Below, piece after piece: positions 1 to 12,764 of a stretch of DNA of 64,000 bases. How positions within the stretch are numbered: the stretch's first letter is position 1; each line of letters opens with the position of its first letter. Position numbers and translations under genes: made by a program. The stretch is from the NCBI GenBank assembly GCA_013265495.1, contig MU058748.1, forward strand, positions 186,001 through 250,000. Reading direction: 5' to 3'. The notes under the pieces were generated by a model, which worked only from the letters and a program-made list of their open reading frames with translations, was not told the DNA's origin and did no database searches. Source of the DNA: Vicugna vicugna (Eukaryota).

Positions 1-2321
1 TGAGGAAAGGGGAGAAATTGGATTGGCACCTGCTCTCTTAAACCAAAATATATCCTACATAGATCAACAATTTTAATGTTTTTAAAAGTGGAAAAAATAA
101 GCCCATGTAATCCTAGAGGAAATGTTGCATAAAACTGCTTTACTATCATAATTAATATCTCAAATTTAATATTTTATTTTATATTTTGGCTTTTCTAAGT
201 ATGGCATAATTGCCAAAACATAGGAATAAAATTATTAAAAATTTGAGCAAATGAAATTTAACAACTTGGGAGAAAATAGTTGCAATATGACAAAGAGCTA
301 ATATTTATAGTAAGTATACTATTCTTGCAAATTAATTACTAAAAAAAGATAACCCTACGTGTAAAAACAGAAACCTTGAAAATTTTATTTTCACAAAGAA
401 ATATGTACAAAAATGATAAAATTCACAGCAGTAATTGTTAGGGGAAAAATTAAGATGAAAGTTAAATTTTCATAAATGGGTAATAATTATATATACTATA
501 GCAAAGACTCAATATCGATATAAAATAATAAAATGTCTATGTGGATTGTAATGAAGAACTTTCTGACATACTGTAAAGGGAAAAAGCAGAATTTTTAATA
601 AAAAATTGGGAGGTTTGTAGTCATGTAAGTATACAAGCATACATGGACATACATGTATATTCCCAAACAATTTGCTTAGAAAAAACACAGAAAAATAACC
701 AGGAAGCAAATTGTTACAAGTTAATGCACTAAAAGAGAAAAAATATATTGGGATACCTAAATGTGGAAAAAAACAGGAAAATGCACATCTTCAGTACACA
801 CATGTTTTCATGATCATTTTTTCCTTTAAGCCACTTATGGCTTCCCTATTGCGTTTCCTTTCTTCCATTTGTATCATTCACAAGTCGTGCTGCTTCTGCC
901 TTTGGATTTTAATCCTTAGCTCCATTCTGTATTTCTCTTTCATTGCTTCTTTTTCTTTGGTTCCTGAGATGACAGCGTGAAAAATTAATTTGATTCCAAT
1001 TTATCAGGTGACTTTTTTTAAATTCAAAACTGTTTTCTTTGATTCACAATGACAGTTGATATGTTAGCAGCTTGCAGTTGATGAACATAAAACTGATTTT
1101 GATGATTTAGAAGAGAATCAAAGTATAATTCCCCAAGCTTTTGAAGAAATTAATTAGGTGACAGTGTGTGAAAGTAAAAGATAATTATTATGCTTTTTTT
1201 CTTGCTTCAAAGCTGGAGAGAATTCAGGTTAGAGATTTTTGCTTAAATTGGAGCAGGTAAAAAGGCCCTTAGACTTTGTTAATACATCCATTGGCTTATT
1301 CCCCATCTATAAAATCGCAAATGAAATCCAGATATTTTTGAAAGTAGACTTTTTTTTATTTTGTCACAGAAGACTAAACCCTAGATAAAAGCTGCAGTAG
1401 ATGACAATAATGAACAAATTATGAAAAATGCTTTATTTACACTCTTTATATAAAGATTTGCTTTAATTCTATTAGGTCAATAACATGTATTTTCACTTTA
1501 AAATTAACATAAATTCCACAACCTGTGTTTCATAGTAGGGAACATGCCTTAAAGTAATTTTCAGTCTTCAGTTTCTAGTACACAAGACAAAATTTAAACA
1601 TATAGTGACCTTTTCTTGGAAGGAGGTGGGAGCTTGAGCTCTGCTCAGGAATTATTTTACCATTAATTTCCAATCAAAGTTTAGTTTATGCTTGAAAGAA
1701 AATAAAGATGTTCTAAATTTCATTTTCCTCTTTCCTTCTTGTTGCCTAATTTCTTTAAAAAAAAATTACTAGTCAGACTTATCTGGATTCTATGTTTGGG
1801 AACCTTCTGCAGTTGATTTTATTGTTTTTGTATGAAGCTCATTCTTAAGAATCAAACTATTTACACATATTCTATTACTGACTTTTTTTTTAATGCTTGA
1901 AAAACTGCTTGTTGAATAACTGATTTCTGACAATTAACAAAAGTTTAGGTTTTGGACATAATCTCTCAATTAAAAAAGTAACATTGGGTGGATGGAAAAA
2001 GTCTGAAAAGCTCATTCATTCTTAATTCTTAGTGAAACTTGTTGCTTTTTTTCTGATTACTGTGTTTACTCCTGAACGGAATTAGAATTTTAAATTTTCT
2101 GTCAATTTCTGAGATTCTTTTCCAGGAATTTAAATACTGCTTATTTGACGGTGATAGACTATGACTGAAAATGAATTCATAATATTAAAATATATATTTA
2201 AACTGAGAGTTAAGTTAGGATATTTGTCTTACAGATATTTACATTTTAAATCATTCAAACAAAGAATGAATCTGTAGCCAGTGCAATGCCCCAGTTTTCG
2301 TTTTTGTTTTTGTTTTTTAAG

Positions 2322-2397
2322 GAGAAAATGAAAAAGGTGGACTGGTAACCAGTGAAAACGACCCTTTTGGGACTGGCAGCCAGATTGGGAAAAAGAG
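2322..2397 (+). CDS. Probable penultimate exon of a plus-strand gene; reads EKMKKVDW* (phase 0) or (G)ENEKGGLVTSENDPFGTGSQIGKK(R) (phase 1)
   Basis: Long T-rich tract ending taag, donor GAG|gtatac, 76 nt; the frame cannot be fixed without the upstream exons. Confidence 0.55.
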
Positions 2398-3584
2398 GTA
2401 TACAGATCACTAAATGTCATGGAAAGGGGATGTATTTCTTTGCAGAATATATTTATGAATTTATTTTTAAGAAAATGTGAGTTTATATGTGTAAATACGT
2501 ATATTTATATGTATATTTCTAAAAATAGTTGCTTAGAAAAATGTGGAAAATCTAGATAAGTGAGTTTTCTTGTAGCTTTTAAACAAAGTTTGGAATTCAG
2601 TCATATTTTCAGATTTCAAATTTCATCACACTAGGTCTGTGAAGGATTTTATATTTCAGGCAAGATTTACACTTCCCTCAGAAATCTCAGTGTATGGAGC
2701 TTCTGCTACATTGTGAAGATTGAGGACATCTGACTTAGCTGGGTTTCCTTCCTTCCCCTTCCCTTCCAACCTCTCTCCACCACAGCTGTGCTCTATCTGC
2801 CTTCTCTCTGTTCCAATCCTGTGGCCAGCTCTGGAAATGCTGCTCACTAGCCCCAGCCTGCCTTTGTCGCTCTTTTTCTGCATTTTTTTTTAGGTTTTGT
2901 TTTTGTTTTTATTTTTGTTTTTGTTTTTAAAGCATGGACTTTGTCCTGGCTGGAGATTCATTCTTCTCATGAGCAACTTGGGATATAAATATCTGTAGGA
3001 ATGGAACTCTGTCTTTGATGGTACACGCCGTCCCTGGGAGGAGACGGTTTGCCAATAAATAATTAAACTCCCGTGACACGGGAGTGACATGTGAAAAATG
3101 TTAGGTGAGCAGCAGCTAGAGCACTAACTCTGGAGGAGAGCGGGAGGAAGCCTCCCAGTGGAGAGAGAAGGGAACATTCAGCCAGGGCAAGGGAAGGAGA
3201 GAGCTCAGTTCGGAACACAGGCTGGTTTCTCTCTAGGAATCATGGGTGAAACAACAGGCAGTTATAAATAGGGCTGCTTTGCTTGGATGGTGCACTTGAT
3301 GAGGACTGCTTTTAGCATAAGACGCTAGAGAGAAGTGGAGGAGAATAAGAGTGGAGAGTCTGGGGAGAGTGGGAACCATTTTGTGTTCTCCCATTATATT
3401 CTCTTCTAGGTGCTCTCGCCTCCTCATACCTTCCACAGCCAACCTTATGTGAATGATCACATTTCCACTCCCAATTCTTCTTGACCTCTTGTTCTAGTTC
3501 CAGTTTTCTCTGTTCCTATTTTTATTCTAAATCTCCCAGAAATGAGCTCTATAGCAGACAAAATTTCTTTCATAATGTAACGTC

Positions 3585-3715
3585 TGTTTCCTTGTCTGAA
3601 AAATGGTAATTACCACCTCGTTGGTTTTATGAGAATGAAGTTAGTTCACAGAAATAAGTACTTAAATGGGGTTTCATATACAGTAAACGTGTAACAAATG
3701 ATAGCTGCAGTTAGT
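3585..3715 (+). mobile_element. MIR SINE fragment
   Basis: Similar to the MIR core (tctgtttccttgtctgaaaaatggtaat ... cagtaaacgtgtaacaaatgatagct). Confidence 0.65.
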
Positions 3716-4274
3716 ATTTATCGTGTGTCACACAGGATATTTCCCTCATTTCTAACGAGGTAGTAAGCTCTTAGAATACGTGGATTATCTCACTGTCATT
3801 CACAGGTTTTGATACAAAAACTAGGCCAAAATAGAGATTTGATGAATGATTGGTAAGCGTAATTTATTAATTAACCTGATGAGTATCATTTTTCATTTTT
3901 GATACATGCCATATTTTTCAAGTTGATTTTTTTATCATTTTATCCATGTTTATAGTTTCCTTGAACTACAATATTCTAAATATAAAAAAGCATTGGTCAT
4001 GGATTTTGCGTTGTTTTAATTTTACTTGCACTTAATTAAAGGTGTTGACAAACTGCTCTGCATAGAAGGTAACAAACAAATCAATGTCAGAAAGGGAATT
4101 ACTTTTGGTGATTTACCACCCATGTCTAGGAATGCTCTGGAAGCCCCAGGCCAACACTGAAGGCAATGTGATGCTTTATATAAATCTGTGAGCTCGAGCA
4201 GTGCTTGACTTTATATCTCTGATATATGGGGTGTGACATACTTCTACTTATTTCTAGGATCATTTTTTTTCCTA

Positions 4275-4417
4275 CAAAAGTTTCTAATTCTGGGTGCAGA
4301 TTAGAATCACCTGGAGAGCTTTCAAATTAAGTAAGAATGGGGGGAAGGGGCTGGCAACAGTAGGGTTTAAAAGCTCTGCAGGTGAGTCCAGTTGCAATCA
4401 GGTCTGAGAACCACCGC
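4275..4417. mobile_element. MER5A-like hAT DNA transposon
   Basis: ttagaatcacctggagagctt ... caggtctgagaaccac. Confidence 0.7.
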
Positions 4418-4519
4418 GCTACAGGTCAGTCTCTCAACCCCTAATACCGTACACCTGTGCCTTGACGCGGTTGCCCTGGGAACACCACAACGTAGTTAAA
4501 TAGGCCCCACAGGAAGTAA

Positions 4520-4730
4520 ATTCCGGGAAGAAGGAGGTCTTCCTCCATACTGCTTGTGGGTTCAAGGCTGCAACGCCAGCCTTTCCTGCGTCTCCAGACT
4601 GCCGGCCGGCCTGCCTGCCTCGCAGATTTCAGACTTGCCAGCCCTGTAATAGGTGAGTCAACTCCTTAAAATACATTTATTTCTCTCTCACATATCCTCT
4701 TGGTTCTGTTTCTCTAGAGAAACTGATTAA
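4520..4730 (+). mobile_element. MLT2-like (ERVL) LTR fragment
   Basis: gcagatttcagacttgccagccc ... tcctcttggttctgtttctctagagaa. Confidence 0.75.
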
Positions 4731-4884
4731 ACTTTAGTCTGACAGGGGCTTTTTCTTTAAACCGTAGAGCCCCGTTAGTACCTGTTACAGAAGGGCAAAC
4801 TAAAGCCTGGAAAGAAGTAGCTTGTCAAGGTTCCACAGCTAATTAAAGAGTCGGGGGGTGAGGGGCGTTAAACCTATGTCTATC

Positions 4885-5120
4885 TGATTCTGAAGACAGA
4901 GCTTTGTTCATAACCCATTACGGTCGGTAAGAATGTTTGGGAAGCATTGTGTAATACGGTACAAGTTAAAATGAAATACTTTTCGTGTTTTGAAGATGTG
5001 GTTGATTCTGAAGACAGAGCTTTGCTCATAACCCATTACGGTCGGTAAGAATGTTTGGGAAGCATTGTGTAATACGGTACAAGTTAAAATGAAATACTTT
5101 TCGTGTTTCGAAGATGTGGT
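4885..5120. repeat. Tandem duplication, 2 x 118 bp
   Basis: 4885-5002 and 5003-5120 differ at two positions. Confidence 0.95.
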
Positions 5121-6539
5121 TAAAGGTGTTGTGCCCTCCAGTGCACAGTCCTACCACAGAGTTTGTATTTACTCTCCTGACTTTTCTAGAGGAACTGATC
5201 CTTCAGTGTATTGCTCTTCTGAATAGAAAACCCTACACTTCTTTTACTTTGATGACAGCGCATTAATTAGCACTGTTTCCAATTTGTAAACTGTGAAAAT
5301 CCCAAGGGTTGGGATAATAAGGATTAAAATAAAACACTTAAGTACAAAGGGCTACCTCGGAACTAATGGGATTTATACAAGCAAAAGTCCTCTCAGTATA
5401 TGCTTGCTTATATGATTTTTGCCCCTACCTGCTATTTTAGGTCATTTTTACAGCTTTTAAACTGCCACGAACCAGGCTTGTACTTAGCCGCCTGGTGGAG
5501 TGGAGGTGTTAATTACCTCGTTCACACACCCGTGCTAAGCAAGGCGAGCACTAAAATCCCCCAAGTGGACTGAGGCCATGTTTTTTGCCATCTGCTACTC
5601 AGGTGCTCTGGGGCACTTACTTTCTTTTTTTTCCCTCAATATTTTCCCCATTGTTCTCATTCAGAATGGCATTTACATTTTTATTAAACTGCAAAATAAC
5701 AATAAGCATCTAAATAGCCCCTTAGAGGAAAAATTGCTTAATCATAACAGCATTGTACAATCTTGACTCATCCTTATGAGATTTCTCAGCATCATTGTTT
5801 GGGTGTTTGTTTATAAATGCATACTTGCTTTGTAATTAATTATAAAGCTGTAAGGAAAGTCTCCTGGTTAAATCTATTGACTGCAGGCTTATTCCCCATT
5901 CTTTTCTTAAAAACTTAAAAAGAAGTTGCTGCCTCTATTAAAAATGAGTTGATAAAGTGAAGGGTGATGTGAGGATCACAATATTTATATTCTGGCCTTT
6001 GATGTATATGGATTTTTGAATAAGCTGAAAAACATACTTGTATACTCAAACATGAGCAATGGCTCTCCTACTTTCCTATGTATTTCTTCTGGGGAATTTT
6101 GAGTCTTTCCCTTAATGCATTTAGTGATTACCATACTGTAGTTGAACAATGATGTTTAAACAATGCAATATTGATTGATTCAGCCTTCAACAGAGAGTGC
6201 TCTGTTTATGTCCCAGTCTTCCCACTCTGGCCCACCCCAAATAGGCCAGAATACGTATCATCATGGGATAAAATATCTACAGGATGATAAACATTTATGG
6301 TATTGGAGTTCCTATCAGTTTAATGCCACTCACTCTAGTATACAAAGTCTGAGTAATTTGCTTTGTTCACATTTGTTCTAGAAAATTGGGCTGGTCCCAC
6401 TCAATCTAAAATGATTAAATTGTAGTTCATGTCATTACCTGTTTTCTGCATTTTGGTTTTTCACTACCGTGTCCTAACCCTTCTGTTTTATTTGCAGTTG
6501 CATTTACCCACTTGTTTTCTTGTTTTTGCTCACACGCAG

Positions 6540-6778
6540 ACAGATGAAGGTGGCAACTGTGCGTAGTCAGGATGTTGCCTCAGATCAATTACATAAACAT
6601 CTTTACACAGCCAGAAAAAGTCATCCATATATTTCTCTTAATTTAAACCAAGTTCAACTTAAAAAAATAGACTTTGCATCACTTGTGCAGTATATTGTAC
6701 AAATATGGATTTAGTGTGTTCTATATCCTTTGCACTTACTACAGTTGGCAAACTCAGTAACCTTCAAGGCTTATTAAA
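6540..6778 (+). other. Probable terminal exon of the plus-strand gene (3' end uncertain)
   Basis: Acceptor cttgttttcttgtttttgctcacacgcag; unique, UTR-like sequence follows; ATTAAA at 6773 and AATAAA at 8368. Confidence 0.45.
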
Positions 6779-7239
6779 TTTGTCGCAGCCTAAGGAAAAG
6801 AACAAACATGTTGGTGAAACTAGACTTTGTAGTGATCACAGAAGATTGCAGATGCAATCGAGTCTGACCTAATGAAAAAAAAGTAATGCTGGAATTAAGA
6901 TTGAATAGGTACAACACATTTAGTAGCATGGCTTTCTCAAGCAGTTTTAACCTCATGGTGTAACCTTTGGTTTCATACTGGTCAGCAACCTGAGATGACA
7001 GTATTACTGACTGGAACCAGTTATGAACAGTTTAAAGCAACTGTGGGAATACTGAGACTCCTTGCCATATGTGGAAGAATTTTAAAATTTAATTCTCAGC
7101 CAGTAAAAATTATTTTACTCTACCTTTAAATTGTTATTTCGTAAAATGAGTGAGTGAAATTTCTATTCTTACTTGCCCATTGTATGTGTGTGATGTATGC
7201 ATGTAATGTATAATTGGAAAAATGCCAAAGGACCTGTGG

Positions 7240-7245
7240 TTTATT
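7240..7245 (-). terminator. Polyadenylation signal AATAAA of the minus-strand gene
   Basis: tttatt on the + strand, about 190 nt downstream of the terminal stop. Confidence 0.5.
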
Positions 7246-7437
7246 GGCTATCAACCTTGAAATAGGGGCAGAGTGGGAGTATATCCTAGTTTGGGCATGT
7301 AAATGAACACGTCCTAAGTGTATGAACACCCAAGCCATAAATGATATAAATCAGTGACATTAGGAAATATATAAAACTATGTAATACAATATGTATTTCA
7401 TGTTCATGAGAATGCATTGTATTCATCAAATCTTCAA

Positions 7438-7506
7438 TTAGTAAAGTGGTTCTACTTGTGGTAGTGAATCTTTGTGAGGCTGGAGAGAAGCTGAGGAATT
7501 GGCTTT
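7438..7506 (-). pseudogene. Terminal coding exon KANSSASLQPHKDSLPQVEPLY*
   Basis: Acceptor catttcaccgtgtttaacag, phase 0, TAA at 7440-7438. Confidence 0.7.
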
Positions 7507-8689
7507 CTGTTAAACACGGTGAAATGCAACCAATCTGGTACAAACTGCTATTTAACCTATTGGTTTCTCTACTTGCAACTTTCAGTCTTCCCCTGATTTC
7601 AAAGCACCAGTCTAGTGCAGGGAGGGATTTCAGTGGCACCAAATCAGGCAAGCTAATGTTATTTAAATGCAGATTATAGTCCCAGGGTAAATACATTATT
7701 TTGCTTCTGTCCCCTTATAACCTTGAAAGGAAAATGTTTGGATTTTACAGATTAGTGTAACTTGCTGGCTTTTTTGACTAAGAAGTATTGAATATTCAAG
7801 GAGGCAAGGTTATAACCCACATTTACTGTAACATCAGGTAGGTTACACAGGGCAGATAAATTAGACAAGGATCATTGCATTTGGTTCAAACATTTGTCCC
7901 TGGGTCATTTAATAATAAGTATAGGAGTGCTAGGGTAGATATTTTAAAATTGTGTCCCATTACTGGAACTGTGGAAAACTGAAATTCAAAAGGAATGAAT
8001 GTTAGAGCCATGTGAGTCAGCTCCATGTATACAGTCATGGCCATGTTTTTGCAATTATTAGATTTAATTCTTAATAATTTTACAGATGTGTGAATATAGT
8101 TCACTTTAGGCTGGGAAGGAAAGAGTCTTAGAGCCAAATACTTCTTTCTTCTCGCACTATATTAACAAGTACTCACAAATGTTAACATATTTGGTAAATA
8201 TTAGCAAAGGACCAACTATAACGAAGTTATCAATTTGGCATGTGTTATAAAGACAAGCAAATTCTGAAGAGAAAAATCTGAGATCTAGCTAAGAAGTTAA
8301 GTGAATCAGTTTCTATAAATATCTTGACATGTGTCGACTGATGGATGAAGTCTAGCAAAGTCTAATGAATAAAAAATACTGGAACCAGCACTTGGGTTAA
8401 AATGAGCAGTGATAACAAGAGAAAGTCAAAATCAGTCCATCAAAAACTCAATTCAGCAACAACATATAAATACATAAACACACGTAAAACTCCAAGTCAT
8501 TACAATTTGGAGACCTTGCGAGTTAAAAGCCGCACATACTGAAAACACTTGAAGATTCAGTTGGTTACCAGCTCCATTTGACTGACCCGTGTCAGGACTG
8601 TAATTTAAAATATATATATGGCATATGCTCTGCAGCTGATTTAATGAAGGAACAAGAGAAAGTTCAGAGTTATTCTCTAATCTAATCCT

Positions 8690-8852
8690 GTGGTCTTAAA
8701 GTTCATCCTCAGATCAGCAGCCTCAGTAATATCTGGGAAATTACTAGCAATACAAATTCCTGCCTCCATCTCCCCTCCCCTATCAGGGAATCAGAATCGC
8801 TGTGGGTGGGGCCCAGCCGTATTTGGTTAACACTCAAGATTGGGAACCACTG
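8690..8852. mobile_element. MER5A-like hAT DNA transposon
   Basis: gaatcagaatcgctgtgggtggggcccag ... ttgggaaccactg. Confidence 0.7.
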
Positions 8853-9940
8853 CTGCGTCCTATGTTTTTCAGTTAATGAGGAAATTGAGGTAAGTGGTCC
8901 TGGCAGAGCAGGTTACTGGGATAGCAGTTCTAGGGAGGTTTCTATTAACCAACAGTTCTCGTAAGGACCAAAGTTATTTTAGAATCAGGTGGTCTCCTAA
9001 GGATGCTTTGAGAAATGAAATGAAAGAACTGTCTAGGGAGGTAAAAATGTTTCTTCTCTAACTGCTGGGTTGACAAAGTTACAGAGATTTTTGTGAGAAA
9101 TGGGGGTTTAATCCTTGACTCTAATACCCACTGCAGTGTGAGGCTTTATGACTTTATGTTGAATTAAGATTTCATGTAGTTTAAATAGACAACTTGGGTG
9201 TTTATCAAGTCAATCCAAGTTGCAGGTTTGCAGAATTGATAAGTAACCAGCTTTCTTAAATGATTGATAGGGTTTTTGACTGATTTACCCAGGTGTCAAA
9301 TAGGCATACCCCTAATCTATAAAAATTGTGATATACAACCAGATTCAAGAGAGAACTTAGCATTCACGGCAGTAAGTCTCAGGTTCAAACTCTGACGATG
9401 GCTGTTATTACTGCTGTGATTTTTGAATGCCCTTTACCTATGATTTTGAGCAAGTAAGCTTTGAATTTTGCCTTTATTGGATGAGTCAGGCATTGAACAA
9501 TGTCTACATTATTGTAATGGTAGCTATTCCTGGAAATAATCTTATTTGGAAGGTTCTAAACTATATAAGAAACTGCATTCTTAAAGTAAAACCTTTCCTT
9601 GTTAAGCCCCTGATTTTTTCCCTAAATTAGGTGATGCTGGTGTAATGAGCAAGACCATAAGACCCTGTTACAGTGCAGTATGGATTTATGGACCAAGGTC
9701 ACATTTGATTTATAAGAATAGTATATTTTAGAAAAGAAATAAGAGCCGATTGTTGACTTGACTTAGTGTAGTCTAGCTTGACATGTGTAGTCTAGCTTGA
9801 GAAGGTCTGATCTCTTTCTGTAAGAACCAGAATGAAACCCACTAGACTTGTCGACGAAAGTCACCAACCCTTAGGAGTATCCTGGTACCAGGTCATTCAC
9901 CCCACCCATGCTTTTGTTTTTGACACCTGCTGGCACTTAC

Positions 9941-10074
9941 TACATTAATTGTTGTCTCTCTCCTTACAACATAAGAAAGGTCTGGCCTTTGTTTATAGCT
10001 GGAGCAGTCTGCAGGGAGCATTAAGTAGAAGATTTTAATTCTAAAAGCTTCATTCCTTTTCTGATTGATGTCTC
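9941..10074 (-). pseudogene. Exon, 134 nt, (G)DINQKRNEAFRIKIFYLMLPADCSSYKQRPDLSYVVRRETTINV
   Basis: Acceptor cttttcactag, donor GTA|gtaagt, phase 1 to 0, open. Confidence 0.75.
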
Positions 10075-10849
10075 CTAGTGAAAAGTCCTGCTGCTTTGAA
10101 ATGAGCACAAACTGTTTTCACAAATATTGCACATGGACATAATAACTGAGTATATGATTGTACACACACATATAACATTGTGGATTGTTAATGGTTATGT
10201 TAAGTTTCATATTAATGAAGATGAGTGCAAGTTATTTCAAAAGAGATTATTAAATTTTAGTGGATTAAATTCAGCTGACACCAAGCATGGAATAATTATT
10301 CATTCCTATTTTAAAATCTTGAATTGTTCGGAGTAAGTAACTTCAGTTTTCTCTAATTATATTGATAATGTTTGTCTTTCTTAGGATGTAAAATTGTGAA
10401 CACCCCCACCACCCCCATCCCTCTTTGAACAGCAACGTGTGATACGCCTTTTGGTGTCTTTTTACTATGACGTGTGTTCATATAGTTCGGTATTTTGATC
10501 TCCAATAGTGTGTTAAAAAGAGACTTTTCCCCTATATATATATATTTTTTTTTTTTTCTTTTTGAGTCTTTACCATAGATCCACTTAAGCCCAGCAGTGT
10601 GACTAATTTGTAATTCCATTCAGAAAAATTACCATTCTTTCTGGTATTTTGCTCAGCAAAAATGATAAAGCCTCAAATGCTAATTACCAGTTTACTTCTC
10701 AGAACTTTTATAAGATGAATTGTTAACAGAACTGGGCTTGACAGCGTTACCATCAGCTGTTTCAGTTTTTCCTGTGAAATGAAAAAAATGAGTTAGAGCA
10801 AATTGTGGTTAGAATCAAACCTGTCATCCTAGGCTCTCCTTGAGCGTAC

Positions 10850-10916
10850 CTAGGTTTCCTGATCCCTCGTAATTTAGGTCTTTTTCAGTGAAAATTTCAA
10901 GTAATTTGATTTGCAT
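10850..10916 (-). pseudogene. Exon, 67 nt, MQIKLLEIFTEKDLNYEGSGNL(G)
   Basis: Acceptor cacgtttcag, donor TAG|gtacgc, phase 0 to 1, open. Confidence 0.65.
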
Positions 10917-12764
10917 CTGAAACGTGTTTTTTAAAATACAGTGTGATTGGTGTTGTGGATTGAAAATATTCAAGAAGGCCTTCTTCCAACATATTTAAAT
11001 GGAGCCATTCAATCACATTGACTAGTTGAACTTCTTCAGAATGACACCTTCTACCAGAAGTACAAAGTAAAGAGTTGAGAATTTAAAACCATTATTGAAA
11101 AAACTTAAAACAGGCTATGAAGGAAATAAATGATCATACTTCCCATACATCTCTTAAAATACAAAATATAGTTTAAAAAATTCAAACCATATGTACAGAG
11201 TTAACTTTCTCTTGCTCACCTCTCCTGTCCTTCTTTCCATAGGTAATCACTATTAGTATTTTCATGTGTTTTGTTTCAAAATGCATGTGCAAATAAAAAT
11301 AAATCTACATTCATATGTACATATACATACATATCATGATATTTTTGTTTACACAAAAGCATCATATCATATACACTGTTTTGTATATTGCCTTTCTCCT
11401 GTTATAGCTATCTTGTATTTTTAAAACAGATTTTCCATTGAGAAGTTAGAGTCTGTCATTTATTGTGGGTGCTTTTTAATAAATGTACCCATAGATTAAT
11501 TTGGAATTAGTAGATCATTCCTAAGTACTTGCATTTTTTTATACAGGCAGATGGCCCTCAAAAAGTTACACTAATTTGTATGCTCACCAACAATGAATGA
11601 GAATATGTTGTTTTTAATTTGATATTGAATTGAAAGTAAGCAAAGTACAGATTCACTTAAAAAAAATTGATCCCTATCATGACAGTGAGGAAAGAATATA
11701 TTGATCTTTGTGAAACTGTATAATAGCTCTATTAAGGATTTTAATTTCAAGATTATGCTGTGATTTCTGTACATGGTAAATGTTAAGATGGTACAACAAC
11801 TTCCAAACTGTTTACTAGTGTATATTGAGGATCTGAATGCTAGAATTTGCTTGATATAACAGGAGCTGAACAGCAGTAAGCTTAAAGTTTATGGATAAAT
11901 TGTCTGAACTCACAGAAGGATGGTTCATCTTTTATAGACATTGAACACTAGCTAGTGAACTATCAATAATAATCGACAATCTAAGTTGGCTACATACATC
12001 ACAACACAGTCAAGTCCGAGTCTCACCACCATGCTGCTAGGTTGGGCTTGTTACTGTTTTACAGATGAGAAGAGCAAATAAGTTTGTCTGGCCTTAATAC
12101 TAAACACAGAAAATGGCCTATTGGATTGGAACCCAGAATTCCTCATTCAAAGACTGTTTGTTCTTTTACTGTACCATGTTATGCAACACTGAGCACTGAT
12201 TGAAATTATAGGGCAAAATCTTGGTACTCTTTGAAAGTGCTCTGTAAAGCATAGGAGGTAATTGAAACACTGATATACAGTTTTCATAAATTGCACCATT
12301 AAATTCAGGAAAGATAAACTTCTTCAGATTTGACGAGTATTTCAGCATCACTTATATTTTATCTGTTATATGTATACGTAATTAGATTATCAAGCTAAAC
12401 TTCTAAAACAGATGTGAATATCATTGACAACTCAAAAGGCATTTGCATAGTTATTATAATTTGATTTCCATCATGATTTTGCTTTTCTCAGTTACAATAA
12501 TATAAATCTATGTAAGTTTGGGGAAACGTTGAATATTTATTGCATTTACTTTGTATTTGAGGGCTGATGCAGCAGTATTTAAGTTGTTGATTAAAAAAAA
12601 ACTGTTAAGCAATTCTTAATTGATGAGCCAAATTGCTTTGCATGTACTCTGAAAAGTTCCTTTAACACATATAAACATAAATGAACCTCTTAGCTTTAGA
12701 TTATCAATGTGCAGATTTATTCTGAATATCAAATAAGTCATATCCTCATAAATACCAACGTTAC

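Noticed and set aside
5486..5499. CTCF-like motif (minus strand CCACCAGGCGGC); a similar one at about 37832-37846
   Set aside because: Each has a core mismatch; expected by chance in 64 kb without ChIP data.
7286..7696. Longest ORF in the track (136 aa, minus strand)
   Set aside because: It overlaps the terminal exon in a different frame and runs through intron and UTR sequence; no recognisable domain.
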